Shown piece after piece: positions 28,787 through 40,100 of a stretch of 64,000 nucleotides of DNA. The position numbers were made by a program, and so were the translations under genes. The DNA is from a virus: the IMG/VR virus record IMGVR_UViG_3300033273_000392, positions 85,353 through 149,352 of that record. One strand, 5' to 3'. The notes under the pieces were generated by a model. The model did no database searches. It worked only from the letters and a program-made list of their open reading frames with translations, and had not been told where the DNA came from. Position 1 is the stretch's first letter. Each line of letters opens with the position of its first letter.

Positions 28787-29032
28787 TTAAGATACTGGTC
28801 CGTCCCAGCCCTGATTATCCCAGTCTCTTGCTGATCTTAAATCGGAATATGCTTGATATGGAAGCACAACTTGCACGTATCCTCCGCTTACAGAATACGG
28901 AGCCTCTTCATGTGAATGCCAGTATGGCGGAGCATTTTTGATTCTTCCATTTAGAAAATCAAATAGCTCGTCAATTTGCATATGGTGAACCCATAAGACG
29001 ATTTGCATGCATTTCATATTAGCTTTTCCCAT
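28787..29032 (-). CDS. Hypothetical protein
   Basis: 81 aa ORF. Confidence 0.5.
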   Translation of the reverse strand: MGKANMKCMQIVLWVHHMQIDELFDFLNGRIKNAPPYWHSHEEAPYSVSGGYVQVVLPYQAYSDLRSARDWDNQGWDGPVS

Positions 29033-29037
29033 ATTAA

Positions 29038-29985
29038 TTAACTTTGAATTTCAAATCTGTCAGGCTCAAGATCTAACGTCTTTTTATCTAGATATTCACT
29101 AAAATCAGATAACTCCTTATCAGCATCATCAGATAACTCCCTTCCATAGAAGTCCTTAAATAGAACTCTATATGCCTGAACAGTTATATCAAATGGTACA
29201 CCTGGTTGTGAATTACTTTCTATAATGTAAACCTTTCCGTCTTTGTCCTCCATCACATCAAAGCAAATGTATGGGAGATCTTTGAATATCCTGCAATACT
29301 TGGATATGACTTCTTTAAAGGAATCAGGGACGTTCTCTGGATTTCTCTTTATATACTTAAACGACATCTTTTCCTCTCCCTTACCATCTCCACTTTTAGC
29401 TTTGTCGTTCATAGGCTTTCTTTCCATCCATGCAAATATCTCGCCTTTAAAGCAAACTAGACGATGCTCGGATTTCTTATCAATATATTGTGAATAAACT
29501 TCTAGCTTACTATGGTCTGCTGAATCAAATGACTCCTGATCCTTAAAAACTTGAATGCCTAGGCCAGAATGTCCGCTAGACGGTTTAGCTATCATTGGAA
29601 AACCTATCTTCTCGATAGCTTCATCTTTATCAAAAGAAGTTTTAGGAATATTTTCATCGTCACCGACAATCTCATGGAACTTCTTTTTTGACCCCGACAT
29701 TTCAATAAACTCTGGCTTATTGTACACTTTATCTGGATCGATAAGGCCATCATCAATAAGAGCCTTTACTACTTTGGAATTATACGTCAATACAGGAAAC
29801 TCTGGATTTATCTCCATGTCCTTGTAGTTATCTAAATTAACCTGTACAAAGAAGTTATCGCCAGCAAAGCCTTTATAGCTCCACCAGCGATGACCACTTT
29901 TAGGATCGATAGCAAGATAGATTTTATGTAAATCTCCTTGCCTCTTCTCAGAAACAAACTGTTCAAAAAGCTTGAATTTACCCAT
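29038..29985 (-). CDS. Tagged ATP-grasp (RimK-like) ligase; start reassigned to MGKFKLFEQFVSE
   Basis: FPMIAKP..GHSG.GI, SQYI, EHR, FDV, IIESNSQPG; GATATATA 4 nt upstream. Confidence 0.78.
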   Translation of the reverse strand: MGKFKLFEQFVSEKRQGDLHKIYLAIDPKSGHRWWSYKGFAGDNFFVQVNLDNYKDMEINPEFPVLTYNSKVVKALIDDGLIDPDKVYNKPEFIEMSGSKKKFHEIVGDDENIPKTSFDKDEAIEKIGFPMIAKPSSGHSGLGIQVFKDQESFDSADHSKLEVYSQYIDKKSEHRLVCFKGEIFAWMERKPMNDKAKSGDGKGEEKMSFKYIKRNPENVPDSFKEVISKYCRIFKDLPYICFDVMEDKDGKVYIIESNSQPGVPFDITVQAYRVLFKDFYGRELSDDADKELSDFSEYLDKKTLDLEPDRFEIQS

Positions 29986-30001
29986 AAGGTATATATCCAA
30001 G

Positions 30002-30439
30002 TTAGCTTCCAGGAAAAACTTCGATCGTTCTTTCTTCTTTAACTAAATCGCCCCATACTCCAGAGTAGCGAGTACCCTTTACAATATGATTGTCAATCCA
30101 ATGGTAATGACCGCCTCTTGGCTTATTCATAAGAAGACCATGATACTTAAAGCCATGTTTATCAAGCCACTCCTCGGTAATATCTCTCACATCCTCAGTA
30201 CGAGATGTAAAGAATGTGATTATATGTCCCTCGTCGTACCAGCGGTTTAGTGTTTCTACTGCATCTGGAAATGGAAGAACATGTTTCATTCTTTCAGGCT
30301 CCTCATTAGGTACATCATCAGTTACCGTTCCATCGATATCGATTAAATAGTTTTTAACACCTTCTGGTAATTGTGGACTTGCCAAATGTCCCTCGTCGTC
30401 AAACGCCATATTAAGCGCTAAGTTTATTTCTTTCTTCAT
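30002..30439 (-). CDS. HAD-family phosphatase
   Basis: IDIDGT, FTSR, KP, WIDN. Confidence 0.8.
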   Translation of the reverse strand: MKKEINLALNMAFDDEGHLASPQLPEGVKNYLIDIDGTVTDDVPNEEPERMKHVLPFPDAVETLNRWYDEGHIITFFTSRTEDVRDITEEWLDKHGFKYHGLLMNKPRGGHYHWIDNHIVKGTRYSGVWGDLVKEERTIEVFPGS

Positions 30440-30445
30440 GTTGAA

Positions 30446-31753
30446 TTAGTTTTGTTTTCTCATAAAAGACACGCAGATATATCTTTTTCCAGAGTATATC
30501 GGACGTGCGCCGTGAAGGTGTGTGACCATTCCAGGATGGAGAGTAGCCGTTCCTACTCTTTCTGGATTAGATAGTAAGTTGTATTTAGGGAACCATGTTC
30601 CGCCGCCATCAAATTCATCATTTAGTTTTACAACCATTGTTATATGGCTAAAGTCATGATGTAGTGACAAGTGAGACTGCCGGTCTGTCGTGTATCTTGC
30701 TAAAAAGTTTTCACTAAACATGGTTCTCCAACCCTTTCCTTCTAGTGTCCATAGATGAATACAGAGAGGGTATATAACCTCTTTAAGAACTCGACTATAA
30801 ATGTTTTGAAGGCCTATGTCTTGCAAAAGCACGTCGTTAGTTGGATAAAACTCATGTCTATCTACAGTCCAATTATCTTTAGCTTCTGCCAATGCAATTG
30901 CATCTTTACAGAATTTTTCAGTAAATAGCTGAAACTCAAACACGTTGTCACCTAGATCATCAATCATAAGATCGTATTCTCCTTTACGCAAAGTCGTATT
31001 TACATACTTTTGCATCCAAGAATCCCAATCAGAGTCATCTAGAATTTCAAAGTACTCATTGGTTTGTGGATTACCGTGCCCGATAGTAGAAGTTTGTGCA
31101 TTAGACGTTTGCTTTATCCAGTCTACTTTAGTAGCAAATGCCTTTATCTTCTTTTCAGGAAATAGTTCATTTACATCGTTTCTAGGATGCCGCAAAAAGG
31201 TAGCCGGTAAAAACTCATCAACTGGGATTATATTAGATCTAAGATTTACGTAATCTAAGAGTTTACTAGCACCGACCTTAGTAAGAACGTATGCATGTGA
31301 ACAATATGAGTTTAAAGGCATACATATATCTTCAGTAACTGAAAGCTCTGCTTCTTTGTTCAGCGCGTTTCTACCAAGATATATGAAATCCCATTTAGGT
31401 ACTTTATCTAAATTTAATTGGCTAATTGCCTTTACTCCTTTAAAGTCCTCTTCTAGAACTAAAACGACATCTTCATCTCCTTCCGCAATCTTTTTCCATA
31501 TTTCCATGTGACTTAACGTACATCCTATTTCACCTGGAAGTACTTGCCTATTCCACCAATCGTTATTAGAACCTTCAAGCTTCCATCCAGAATACGCTGA
31601 AAATGGCTCTATATTACTAGGTACATTATTTCCGTCAATTGCTGTAAAGATCTCGTACCCTGCTCTATTGCTTAGACCGAGTTTTCCCATTCGATCTATA
31701 ATATCTGCATTAGACTTTTTAAGATTAATTACATAAATCTTTTCTATATTCAT
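30446..31753 (-). CDS. GT25 (COLGALT-like) glycosyltransferase fused to PLOD-type 2OG-Fe(II) lysyl hydroxylase; start reassigned to MNIEKIYVINL
   Basis: GT25: YVINL, AIDG, GEIGC.LSH..IW, LEED, IYLGR, PVDEFLP; dioxygenase: PT.D, NF..RY, LSLHHD, GGG..F, LHPG..THLH, RY..VSF. Confidence 0.88.
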   Translation of the reverse strand: MNIEKIYVINLKKSNADIIDRMGKLGLSNRAGYEIFTAIDGNNVPSNIEPFSAYSGWKLEGSNNDWWNRQVLPGEIGCTLSHMEIWKKIAEGDEDVVLVLEEDFKGVKAISQLNLDKVPKWDFIYLGRNALNKEAELSVTEDICMPLNSYCSHAYVLTKVGASKLLDYVNLRSNIIPVDEFLPATFLRHPRNDVNELFPEKKIKAFATKVDWIKQTSNAQTSTIGHGNPQTNEYFEILDDSDWDSWMQKYVNTTLRKGEYDLMIDDLGDNVFEFQLFTEKFCKDAIALAEAKDNWTVDRHEFYPTNDVLLQDIGLQNIYSRVLKEVIYPLCIHLWTLEGKGWRTMFSENFLARYTTDRQSHLSLHHDFSHITMVVKLNDEFDGGGTWFPKYNLLSNPERVGTATLHPGMVTHLHGARPIYSGKRYICVSFMRKQN

Positions 31754-32775
31754 AGTGATTCTATAAGTTTTTTCCAATCGTACGACCTCGATGACCACGT
31801 TTGATTCTTGGACCAGCTGATACAATCCTTCCGTATCCTTTCTATTATGTTAGAACTGCTATGTTCTAATATAGATGTGGCTTCATTATATCTACTAACC
31901 TTATAATCTAATATGATTCCGGAATGTATTGTTTCATTTAAAGCCGCAATATTAGTAGTAATCGGTATCACGCCCGCGTATTGCATTTCTAAGGCAGTAA
32001 TACAATACGTTTCTTCATATCCTGTTAAATACATCCAATAGTCTGACTTAAGCATTGCTGCGTGCAAATCTTCTTGAGAAACACTTCCGTGAATAGTAAT
32101 TCCATCTTGTCTTACTAAATGAGATAATCTATCCATATCGCCAGAAGCATAGTCAGGATAGTATACGTTTAACGTGGCTTCTGGTTTTACTTCTTTTATT
32201 CTACTCCAGTTTTCTAATAAGTGTGATAGCCCCCTACTCGGCGCAGAACTCCATATAAAACTATCCTTTATCTTTCTAGGTCTTCCATGAAACGAGCTAA
32301 GGTCTATCCCATTCCCTATGACTTCTATATTATCAACACCATACTTATTTGACCATTGATTTTTATGCCATTCGGTAAGGCATACTATTTTAGAAAGCTT
32401 TTGATTATTAAGAAGCGTTTTACTTTGGGGAATCTTCTTTCCGTTCCACCAAGCGTGATAGTCTGTATTGTGTGCCCAAAAGATCTTCTTAGCGCCATAT
32501 TTCTCGAACTCTAATAAGAAGTGGATATAACTAGCACCTATAATTACATCAAAGTGATTAAAGTATTGCTTGTGGAGTTTATGCGTGGGAATCCATTCTA
32601 CTAAACCAAACTTTCCAGGAAGAACATTCCCAGATACGAATACTTCCCAACCAAACCTGCTTAGCTCTTCAGAAAGCTTTATGCATGCTAGTTCTGTACC
32701 TCCAATACCGGAAGTCTTAATAGTATCTGGATTAAATGGCTTCTTCTGATAGCCTACATAAATTAGTATGCGCAT
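31750..32775 (-). CDS. GT4/GT-B glycosyltransferase
   Basis: GIGGTE, IGNGID, SSAPSRGL, ETYCITALE.Q.AG. Confidence 0.85.
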   Translation of the reverse strand: MRILIYVGYQKKPFNPDTIKTSGIGGTELACIKLSEELSRFGWEVFVSGNVLPGKFGLVEWIPTHKLHKQYFNHFDVIIGASYIHFLLEFEKYGAKKIFWAHNTDYHAWWNGKKIPQSKTLLNNQKLSKIVCLTEWHKNQWSNKYGVDNIEVIGNGIDLSSFHGRPRKIKDSFIWSSAPSRGLSHLLENWSRIKEVKPEATLNVYYPDYASGDMDRLSHLVRQDGITIHGSVSQEDLHAAMLKSDYWMYLTGYEETYCITALEMQYAGVIPITTNIAALNETIHSGIILDYKVSRYNEATSILEHSSSNIIERIRKDCISWSKNQTWSSRSYDWKKLIESL

Positions 32776-32802
32776 ATAAACCCGTTTAGGATTTATATAT
32801 TA

Positions 32803-33012
32803 TCATTCCTGAGACGAGAGATGTTCAACAATAAGACATGGTTTACAATAACGACATGATACTTCGGTGCCTATTTCTTCATCATCGGAAGGAAGCTCGT
32901 GTGTTTTCCATTCAAAATCAAAAACACCGTTATCGTCATATACGTTATACGCGCCGGCTTCACATTTAGAAGTACCGCTTGACATTGTTTGTTGGCAATT
33001 AGTGCAATCCAT
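32803..33012 (-). CDS. Small Cys-rich protein
   Basis: CxxC...CxxCxxC; coupled to upstream gene. Confidence 0.5.
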   Translation of the reverse strand: MDCTNCQQTMSSGTSKCEAGAYNVYDDNGVFDFEWKTHELPSDDEEIGTEVSCRYCKPCLIVEHLSSQE

Positions 33013-33929
33013 TATTCTTCTCCTGTTACTGTTATACCATCCAGGGCAAAGTCAGCTCTAAAATATTTTACATCCGACATGACAAAATGAAGATAAACTG
33101 AGGATTGACCTGCAAGTGAGTTTAAGTCTACTTCTGCCTTTCTCCAAAGAGCTGAGTTTGATGTTTGTTGACCTCCTGAAATTCTATTTGATGTAGCTGT
33201 CGTAGATCCCGTATCATTCGTCCATCTAGTTATATTCAATCCGCCAGTAGAAACGTTTTGTAAACCTGAGTTAGTTACGACCTCTGATATTCTACTAGAG
33301 TCGGTTGCTGAAGTTGTAGCGGCAATTGCAAAGTCATGTGATGTTGAATCTGAAGACGCAGTGGCTAGAGAGTATATATGAAACCAAAAATTTAACTTAA
33401 GTGTATTATTACTTAACGCGTTACTAAAATCAAGCTCTGGTGAAATTAGGGCATGTGCTTGCCCACTACTAGAATAACCGCCACCGGCTGCAGCAGATGA
33501 CGATTCATAATAGATGTATCGATTCGTGTTACTTTGTGTTCCTGTAGTAGCACTTACGCCGCCTGATAAACCACCGTTAGGACCAGTCCCTGAAGATCCT
33601 GTTGCATTATAGTCAAATCTCCATCCATACGTACCAACTAAGGTAGAACTAGATGGGTTTACATTAAATGTTTGTGAGTACGCTCCTGGCAAGCCAAATA
33701 CCACATGCGAGTCTATACCAACAGTCCATCCAGTAGGCAGCATTTGTGAAGTATATCCACCGGTCGTCCAATCTTGAGTAAGATAAGTTGTAGCCGTGCC
33801 ACTGCTACCTGAGCCTCCACCAGACGATCCCCTAGCAAAACCTAAAAGTTTATTTATGCTAGACCATCCACGCCCAGTTCTTTTTGAGATGTTACTTACG
33901 TCTACTCCTGTCTGTTTAGATATTGCCAT
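33012..33929 (-). CDS. Virion fibre/adhesin-like protein with MAM-like beta-sandwich
   Basis: S/T/G-rich; TGP, YIYYESS, LISP, FWFH, WRKAEVDL, ALDGI. Confidence 0.55.
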   Translation of the reverse strand: MAISKQTGVDVSNISKRTGRGWSSINKLLGFARGSSGGGSGSSGTATTYLTQDWTTGGYTSQMLPTGWTVGIDSHVVFGLPGAYSQTFNVNPSSSTLVGTYGWRFDYNATGSSGTGPNGGLSGGVSATTGTQSNTNRYIYYESSSAAAGGGYSSSGQAHALISPELDFSNALSNNTLKLNFWFHIYSLATASSDSTSHDFAIAATTSATDSSRISEVVTNSGLQNVSTGGLNITRWTNDTGSTTATSNRISGGQQTSNSALWRKAEVDLNSLAGQSSVYLHFVMSDVKYFRADFALDGITVTGEE

Positions 33930-33940
33930 GTGTAGTTAAT

Positions 33941-36900
33941 TTAGGTTAATTCTACCCAATCGTCAGACGGTCTAAAATATAGAAGACTTTCTGAAGGCTT
34001 AATTAAATATCCGACAATTCTAACTATTTCTCCGCTTCCATTAGGAGCTGTTAATGTAAATTGCCCGGCAGTTGTTGAAAGATAAACTATATCGCCAGGC
34101 TGTCCTCCAGTAAGGCTGTTTCCTGCTTTTACAACTCCATCTAATACCATTTCTTGAGAAGATGTAGCAGTAGTTGCAACCGCTAATAATCCACGAGCAT
34201 TAGTCTCACTGTCTGCCCGTGCCGTACCCCAAGTTGCGTTTCCGCCCCCACTCTTAAATTGGTATAATTCCCCAGCAGTTACCGTAAAGTTAGCTGAAAA
34301 GTTATGTGCCGTTCTAGTTCCTGGATAAAATTGACCTGATGAAACAGTTCCTGTTTTATGAGTTTTAACCTTAATATCGTTAGCGTAAAAGTCAGTATTT
34401 ACTGTCATCCCAAAAGAGTTAACAGTAATATCGGATTCAACAGTAGCACTACTTCCACCATTAAAAGTTAATAATCCATCTAGGGTTGATCCTGTGAGGT
34501 TTAAAAGACCCTTTTCTCCTTTTTGACCCTTTGATCCAGAGGCACCAGCGGCACCTTGAGCTCCAGCGGCACCTTGAGCTCCAGCGGCACCTTGTGCTCC
34601 AGCTGCACCTTGTGCTCCAGCTGCACCTTGAGCACCTTGAGCACCTTGTGGTCCAGCAGGACCTTGAGCACCTTGAGGTCCAACTGCACCCTGGTTACCT
34701 TGAGCACCCTGTGGTCCAACGTTACCTTGAGCACCTTGAGGTCCAACTGCACCCTGGTTACCTTGAGCACCTTGTGGTCCAACGTTACCTTGAGCACCTT
34801 GAGGTCCAACTGCACCCTGGTTACCTTGAGCACCTTGAGGTCCAACTGCACCCTGGTTACCTTGAGCACCTTGTGGTCCAACGTTACCTTGAGCACCTTG
34901 AGGTCCAACTGCACCCTGGTTACCTTGAGCACCTTGTGGTCCAACGTTACCTTGAGCACCTTGAGGTCCAACTGCACCCTGGTTACCTTGAGCACCCTGT
35001 GGTCCAACGTTACCTTGAGCACCTTGAGGTCCAACTGCACCCTGGTTACCTTGAGCACCTTGTGGTCCAACGGCACCTTGGTTACCTTGAGCACCCTGTG
35101 GACCTAAGTCACCTTTAACACCTTGAGCACCTTGAGGTCCGACTGCCCCTTGGTTACCTTGAGCACCTTGAGGGCCTACATCACCTTTAATACCTTGACC
35201 ACCTTGTGGACCTAAGTCACCTTTAACACCTTGAGCACCTTGAGGTCCGACTGCCCCTTGGTTACCTTGAGCACCTTGTGGCCCAACTGCCCCTTGGTTA
35301 CCTTGAGCACCTTGAGGGCCTACATCACCTTTAATACCTTGACCACCTTGTGGTCCAACATTTCCTTGAGCACCTTGTGGCCCAACTGCCCCTTGGTTAC
35401 CTTGAGCACCTTGAGGACCTAGATCACCTTTAATACCTTGATCTCCTTTTTGACCTTGGTCTCCTTTTTGACCTTGTGGACCCTGTGGACCTACATCACC
35501 TTTAATACCTTGGTCTCCTTTTTGCCCCTTGTCTCCTTTTGATCCAGTCGGGCCTTGAGCTCCTATAAGCTCATCTTCTATCATAAGTAGAAGCGCTGGG
35601 GTTCCATTAGAAGAAGATACCATACCGTTAGAGTTAACGAATGAGCCCTCGCCTTGAAGAAGGATATCTCCGCCATCAGATCTTGTGAAGTTAAGATAGC
35701 TTATATTCTTTGTAGTAACATTTACTTCTAAGCCTAATGCCTCTGTAAATGTAGCTCCGGTGTAATCTGCAAATGAAGAATCACCGGTAATTACTACATC
35801 CTTACCTGCGCCTGAAGTTAACATTAATCCAGGATATTGGCTTTTAAAGTTAGCTTGATCCCATACAAACGTGCTAGCTACAATGTCTACGTTTCCTGCT
35901 GTAAATAGTTGATTTAGATCTTGCGCTATTATATTTGCAGAAAAAGTGTTATATTGAACCCCGCCGCCTGCATTGTATATTGTATCAGTATTAAAACCTG
36001 GCGAGTATGTTATTGAGTTAGTACCGTCTGAAATGCCAACGCTAGGAAGCTGTGCGGCGGCCTGTCCAACCTGTTTAAGAATAATCATTACATCTCCATT
36101 CACTGGTTGAGTAACCTTTCCTGAATAGTTTTCTGCATTAGGTAGATATATTGAGGCAGTAACATGGTGGCTGCTAGTAGTTAAGTTAACCTCATTCCTT
36201 ATTTCTGCAGAAGTTTTAGTTACACCAGCTCCAAGGGGAGCAAATATGTTAACATCATTAATAACTAAAGAGTCGCCTTCAACCATTCCTACGTTAACAG
36301 TGTCAGCCTGTATAACTGTTGGAATTGCATCTTTGAAATGTAAGAACATTTCATTGTTTCCAAGAGATGGATTTGTTGTTAGCTCACCGTGTGATGAGGT
36401 TGATGCGTAATAAACATCTCCAATAGAACCTGTAAGTCTTTCAGGAGCCGTAAAGTCATCTATAATTTGATTGAACGGCTTTATGTAGGCTACCGTATCA
36501 TTATACGTTTTGCTAACTACATAGCCTAACTTATATGCATTTGCTCCTGGCGAATTTATTGGTATTAGATCCCCACTAGAATCTATAGTTACAACATCTC
36601 CTACTTCAATAGTAGTCTGTGGTACATCAAACTTAAGTCTATAACTTTCGCTCTTCTCCTTTACCTGGAATCTAGCTTGTATCTTATCAATTGAGCCTAC
36701 GTTAGCCTTAAAAAAGTAGTTGCTATTACCTGCAATTATCGCCTCTCCAGAATCAGATACCTCAAAGGCACAGATTCTATCACCAGCAGAAAGAACATTT
36801 GTTCTATATGTCTTGTGCACATATGCGTCGATATCTTCAACTACGAATGTTATTTCATTCGCATTAGTATCAATCGATATTATCGACGTTATCTTTAGAC

Positions 36901-37156
36901 AGATATTTCCAGTAGCGTCTGCAATCCAATCTCCGGTTTTAATATCAAGAACAGAGTACGTATATGCTTCTCTAGTAGCTGCGGACCCAGTGGTAACCGG
37001 CTTAAATCTAACTGTCATTCTAAACGATATAGGCACATTAAGCCCACTAGGGCCTAGGCCAGTATCGTCATCGTGTTCGTATCTCGAGACTATTAATATG
37101 GAGCCTATCTCTCCTTGTAAAAATAATACAGGTGTATCTGGATTGTATATTGCCAT
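33941..37156 (-). CDS. Collagen-like fibre protein
   Basis: Over 100 uninterrupted G-X-Y triplets; fibre-type C-terminal domain (VYLSTTAG...RIVGY...YFRP..WVEL). Confidence 0.85.
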   Translation of the reverse strand: MAIYNPDTPVLFLQGEIGSILIVSRYEHDDDTGLGPSGLNVPISFRMTVRFKPVTTGSAATREAYTYSVLDIKTGDWIADATGNICLKITSIISIDTNANEITFVVEDIDAYVHKTYRTNVLSAGDRICAFEVSDSGEAIIAGNSNYFFKANVGSIDKIQARFQVKEKSESYRLKFDVPQTTIEVGDVVTIDSSGDLIPINSPGANAYKLGYVVSKTYNDTVAYIKPFNQIIDDFTAPERLTGSIGDVYYASTSSHGELTTNPSLGNNEMFLHFKDAIPTVIQADTVNVGMVEGDSLVINDVNIFAPLGAGVTKTSAEIRNEVNLTTSSHHVTASIYLPNAENYSGKVTQPVNGDVMIILKQVGQAAAQLPSVGISDGTNSITYSPGFNTDTIYNAGGGVQYNTFSANIIAQDLNQLFTAGNVDIVASTFVWDQANFKSQYPGLMLTSGAGKDVVITGDSSFADYTGATFTEALGLEVNVTTKNISYLNFTRSDGGDILLQGEGSFVNSNGMVSSSNGTPALLLMIEDELIGAQGPTGSKGDKGQKGDQGIKGDVGPQGPQGQKGDQGQKGDQGIKGDLGPQGAQGNQGAVGPQGAQGNVGPQGGQGIKGDVGPQGAQGNQGAVGPQGAQGNQGAVGPQGAQGVKGDLGPQGGQGIKGDVGPQGAQGNQGAVGPQGAQGVKGDLGPQGAQGNQGAVGPQGAQGNQGAVGPQGAQGNVGPQGAQGNQGAVGPQGAQGNVGPQGAQGNQGAVGPQGAQGNVGPQGAQGNQGAVGPQGAQGNQGAVGPQGAQGNVGPQGAQGNQGAVGPQGAQGNVGPQGAQGNQGAVGPQGAQGPAGPQGAQGAQGAAGAQGAAGAQGAAGAQGAAGAQGAAGASGSKGQKGEKGLLNLTGSTLDGLLTFNGGSSATVESDITVNSFGMTVNTDFYANDIKVKTHKTGTVSSGQFYPGTRTAHNFSANFTVTAGELYQFKSGGGNATWGTARADSETNARGLLAVATTATSSQEMVLDGVVKAGNSLTGGQPGDIVYLSTTAGQFTLTAPNGSGEIVRIVGYLIKPSESLLYFRPSDDWVELT
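34508..35565 (-). repeat. Collagen-coding tandem repeats ([12 protein letters not shown] / GPQGAQGNV)
   Basis: Near-perfect repeats built from 9-bp multiples such as CCTTGAGCACCTTGAGGTCCAACTGCACCCTGGTTA. Confidence 0.92.
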
Positions 37157-37171
37157 CTATGTTAGTTGTCA

Positions 37172-40100
37172 TTAGAACGTGAATATGAGATACACGTGGG
37201 GGTCGACTCTATTTTGAAGAGGTGCTGAGTAGCTGTTTCCATACTTTACAACACTTTGTTCAACTGGAATTGTCATGTCATATGAAGAGAAGTCAGCACT
37301 AAAGTTAGTTCCAGACCATTGTCCAGCAAGACCAGATCCACCTTCACTTGTAGACTGGTAGGTAAACGCTGTTTTAACAGTGTTGTATGTTATTTGCGCA
37401 ATATCGTCATTATCAAAATGAGTTACCTTATATGTCATAGTCTTTGGATCTAACGCATATGCAAATATAGAAATAGGTGGTCTAGATCTGTTAAATGATA
37501 CGGTTACGTAGTGGCCAGAATTACCAGTACCTACTGTTTCAGAAACGACAGTTGCTGTACCGGCTCCAGGGTTTACATATCCAGTAGCTGCAACAAAGGT
37601 GGAGTTACCGCTTATAAGTGCCTCGTTCTGATCATACTCAAGTCTTAGTAGGAACTGTTCAGACCCACCAACTCCAGTTGGGCCTAGTTCACCTTTTTGT
37701 CCCTTGACGCCTTGAGTACCCTGAGTACCTTGGTCACCCTGCGGACCGGTTACACCGATCTCACCTTTAGTTCCAGCTGCACCCTGAGATCCAACTGGTC
37801 CTTGTGGTCCTACTTCACCTTTATCACCGGTTGCTCCAACTTGACCTTGTAGCCCAACTGGACCTTGTGGTCCGATTGCACCCTGCGGTCCAACTACCGT
37901 AGAATCTGCTCCTTTATCACCCTTGTCTCCCTTGTCACCCTGTGGACCTTCAATAGAAATCGCACCTAGTGTTGTAATAACATAAGAGTAATCAGCGGTT
38001 CCTTCAGTATAAAACTTGATAGCATGGGACTGATTGTCAGGGTTATTTGCGTAGATCCTTACAATCATTCTGTCACCTGTATTCAAAGTGGTGTGTGGGA
38101 ACTCAAAATCAAGATCCATTTCAACTGGAGTGGTGTTATTAGTGTCCCATCCAATAGACTCTACTTCAGTAGTACCTAAACTATTAATTGTGCTTAAAGT
38201 TGAATCTGCGCGTAAAAGTTCTACATAAATCTGAACATTATCTGCCTCATTAAGCTTAGTAAAGTGCAAGTGGAATCTCTGAATTCCGGCAGGTATAAAG
38301 TCATATTGATCTAGCTCTCCTGCATCTGTAATAAATTGTGCAACAAGAACCTGACTTGAATTATTATTAATTGTTACATTTGTAATTTGCTGTGACGCCT
38401 GCGTTTGTGCATCATCTACTTCATAATACCCTGTTGGGCTTTGAGCAACTGACGTATTTAAGTAGTAGATTCTACCTGTAGTTATACCGTCTTTACCAGT
38501 AGCTCCTTGTGGTCCAACATCTCCCTTTTCACCTTTATCTCCAGTAATACCCTGTAGTCCTTGTAAACCGACAGAACCCTGTGGGCCTTGTGGACCTGGA
38601 ATTGTAGAAGGCTCTCCTTTATCGCCAACAAGTCCTTGTAAGCCGATAGGACCTTGTGGACCTGGAATTGTAGATGGCGCGCCAGTAGCTCCAACATTAC
38701 CCTGTGCACCTTGAGGTCCAACATCTCCCTTATCTCCTTTAGGACCTGGAACTGATGAATCAAATCCTTTATTACCCTTTTGTCCAACTTGACCCTGTGC
38801 ACCAACTTCACCTTTTTGACCCTTTTGTCCAACTAGACCTGCACCTCCCTGGGCTCCCACTTCACCTTTTTGACCCTGTGCTCCATGTGAACCAGTAGGA
38901 CCTTGTGGTCCAAGTGGACCTTGTGGGCCTATATCTCCCTTAATACCCTGAGCACCTTGTAAACCAACAGAACCCTGTGGTCCAGTTGGACCCTGCGGTC
39001 CAGTTGGTCCGCCTGATCCTCTTAAAGAAGATGTTGTATAATCGCTTATAGTTATAGTTCCACCTTCAGTAGAATGATCGGCCGGCGGGTCAACAGTAGA
39101 ATCGCAGTAGTAGTATAGTGTTGCAGGTGCGCTTAACGGTACTACAAATTCGATATAACCTCCAATACCGCCATATGCTCCGTTTAAGGTTACTCCATCA
39201 GTATATTCAGTTCCTCCATTATGTGTACCCCCATCAGTAGTTGAAAACTTAAAGAAGTGATCGCGCATCGATGAATGATTTACATCAAATCTATACACTT
39301 GACCTCTAAAAAATTCTAAAGACGTATTTTCACCATTACCAACATAAAAAACAGAATCCCCTGAGCCGTTTGTACCTGTAGTGACCTTAAATCTACCTGA
39401 GTATGTGGGATCTCCAGTGCTACCTTGTGGTCCGGTCTCACCGGTACCGCCAGTTTCACCCGGCTCACCCTTCTGACCTTTACTCCCTCCAGGGCCCTGA
39501 GGACCTGTATCGCCAGTAACACTTAATCCTATATCACCCTTCTCTCCCTTTTCTCCAGTAGCCCCACTAGGACCTTGCGCTCCTTCTTGTCCAGTATCTC
39601 CCTTTAATCCTTGTAGACCTACGCCAATATCACCCTTCTCTCCGGTAGGACCCTGAGGACCTGCTACTGTAGAGTCGGCGCCCGTTGGACCTTGAGCGCC
39701 TTGGGCACCTGTTTCACCCTTCTCTCCTCTTTCTCCTTTTAGTCCCTGGGGCCCTTGTGGTCCTTCATCCCCTTTAAGCCCAGCTGAAGTATATGCGTCT
39801 AAAGAAAGAGATATGTTTTGATTTAGTGAAAACTTAGTAAGAACATTATCAGAAGAAGAGTGAGAGCGATATGTTACTGTTATGTCGTAAACAACCGGAG
39901 TTTGACTGCCCGACATTACGTGATTAGTCATTTGCCATGAAACTATATCGTATATGTAGTATTCATACGGTCTATCAACATCAGTAACTACCATGTAAAC
40001 TCCTGAGCTCTGGCTTCCAGTCTGGAAGAGCTCGGTTAACACGTAATCCAAATACTCGTTTGTATATCCTCTAACGTCTTTAAAGTGAACCTGTATAGAA

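Noticed and set aside
34501-35422. Alternative-frame repetitive ORFs (LKVLKVT, HLEHL, TLSTL) and a CRISPR-like look
   Set aside because: Shadow frames of the collagen repeat; no unique spacers and no cas genes in the window
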